Shown here: positions 63,820 through 64,000 of the stretch, piece by piece
Layout: each line of letters starts with the position of its first letter
Numbering within the stretch: the stretch's first letter is position 1
Assembly: GCA_951406725.2 (NCBI GenBank)
Contig: OX597817.1
Coordinates: 107,136,001 to 107,200,000, forward strand
Length of the DNA: 64,000 nt
Direction of reading: 5' to 3'
From: Octopus vulgaris
Taxonomy: Eukaryota
Program-made: the position numbers and the translations under genes
Notes under the pieces: generated by a model
Database searches by the model: none
Told to the model about the DNA's origin: nothing
The model's input: only the letters and a program-made list of their open reading frames with translations

Positions 63820-64000
63820 ATGTCTATAAATACATATATAATACAAAACCACTTTAAAAACTTTAAAAATCCAAATCCAAAACCAGGAGGAAAAATGGAT
63901 AAAGAACAAGGAAAGAAAAATAAAGAAAAAGAGGAAGTAAAAAAAAACATCAATTCAACATCAAGAACCTCAATTGGTCGCACACCTCAAGGTTCAACGG
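63820..64000 (+). CDS. Possible start of an ORF running off the window end
   Basis: Open frame MSINTY..MDKEQGKKNKEKEEV..IGRTPQGST reaches the last base. Low complexity, no recognisable family. Confidence 0.2.
   Translation, partial: MSINTYIIQNHFKNFKNPNPKPGGKMDKEQGKKNKEKEEVKKNINSTSRTSIGRTPQGST

Overview
AT-rich eukaryotic DNA with long introns and dense repeats. The SINE and RTE families and the (GAT)n/(AT)n tails resemble those of octopus (coleoid cephalopod); this assignment is my inference. Three host genes lie on the minus strand. (1) An intact, intronless taspase-1 (TASP1) at 59779-60921. (2) An uncharacterised six-exon gene of about 357 aa at 55574-36254, which I assembled by hand and whose last intron must be GC-AG. 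(3) A C6orf118-like gene with coding exons from 23709 to at least 2067, continuing leftward. Genes 2 and 3 each have an RFX X-box-like motif upstream. The rest is transposon debris: two mariner remnants, a near-complete IR/DR Tc1 element nested in older elements, a decayed autonomous Helitron plus several non-autonomous Helitrons, a KIAA1586-like hAT remnant, RTE and CR1-type LINE fragments, three tRNA-derived SINE families, and hAT/piggyBac/Tc1 MITEs. The most unusual structures are an 856-bp palindromic compound transposon with telomere-like G4 motifs and one 8-bp TSD (26343-27198), an amplifying structured module in RTE 3' ends, and a short retroelement with no tRNA head (23918-24178). I found no prokaryote-type system such as CRISPR. 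Boundaries marked approximate were read by eye.
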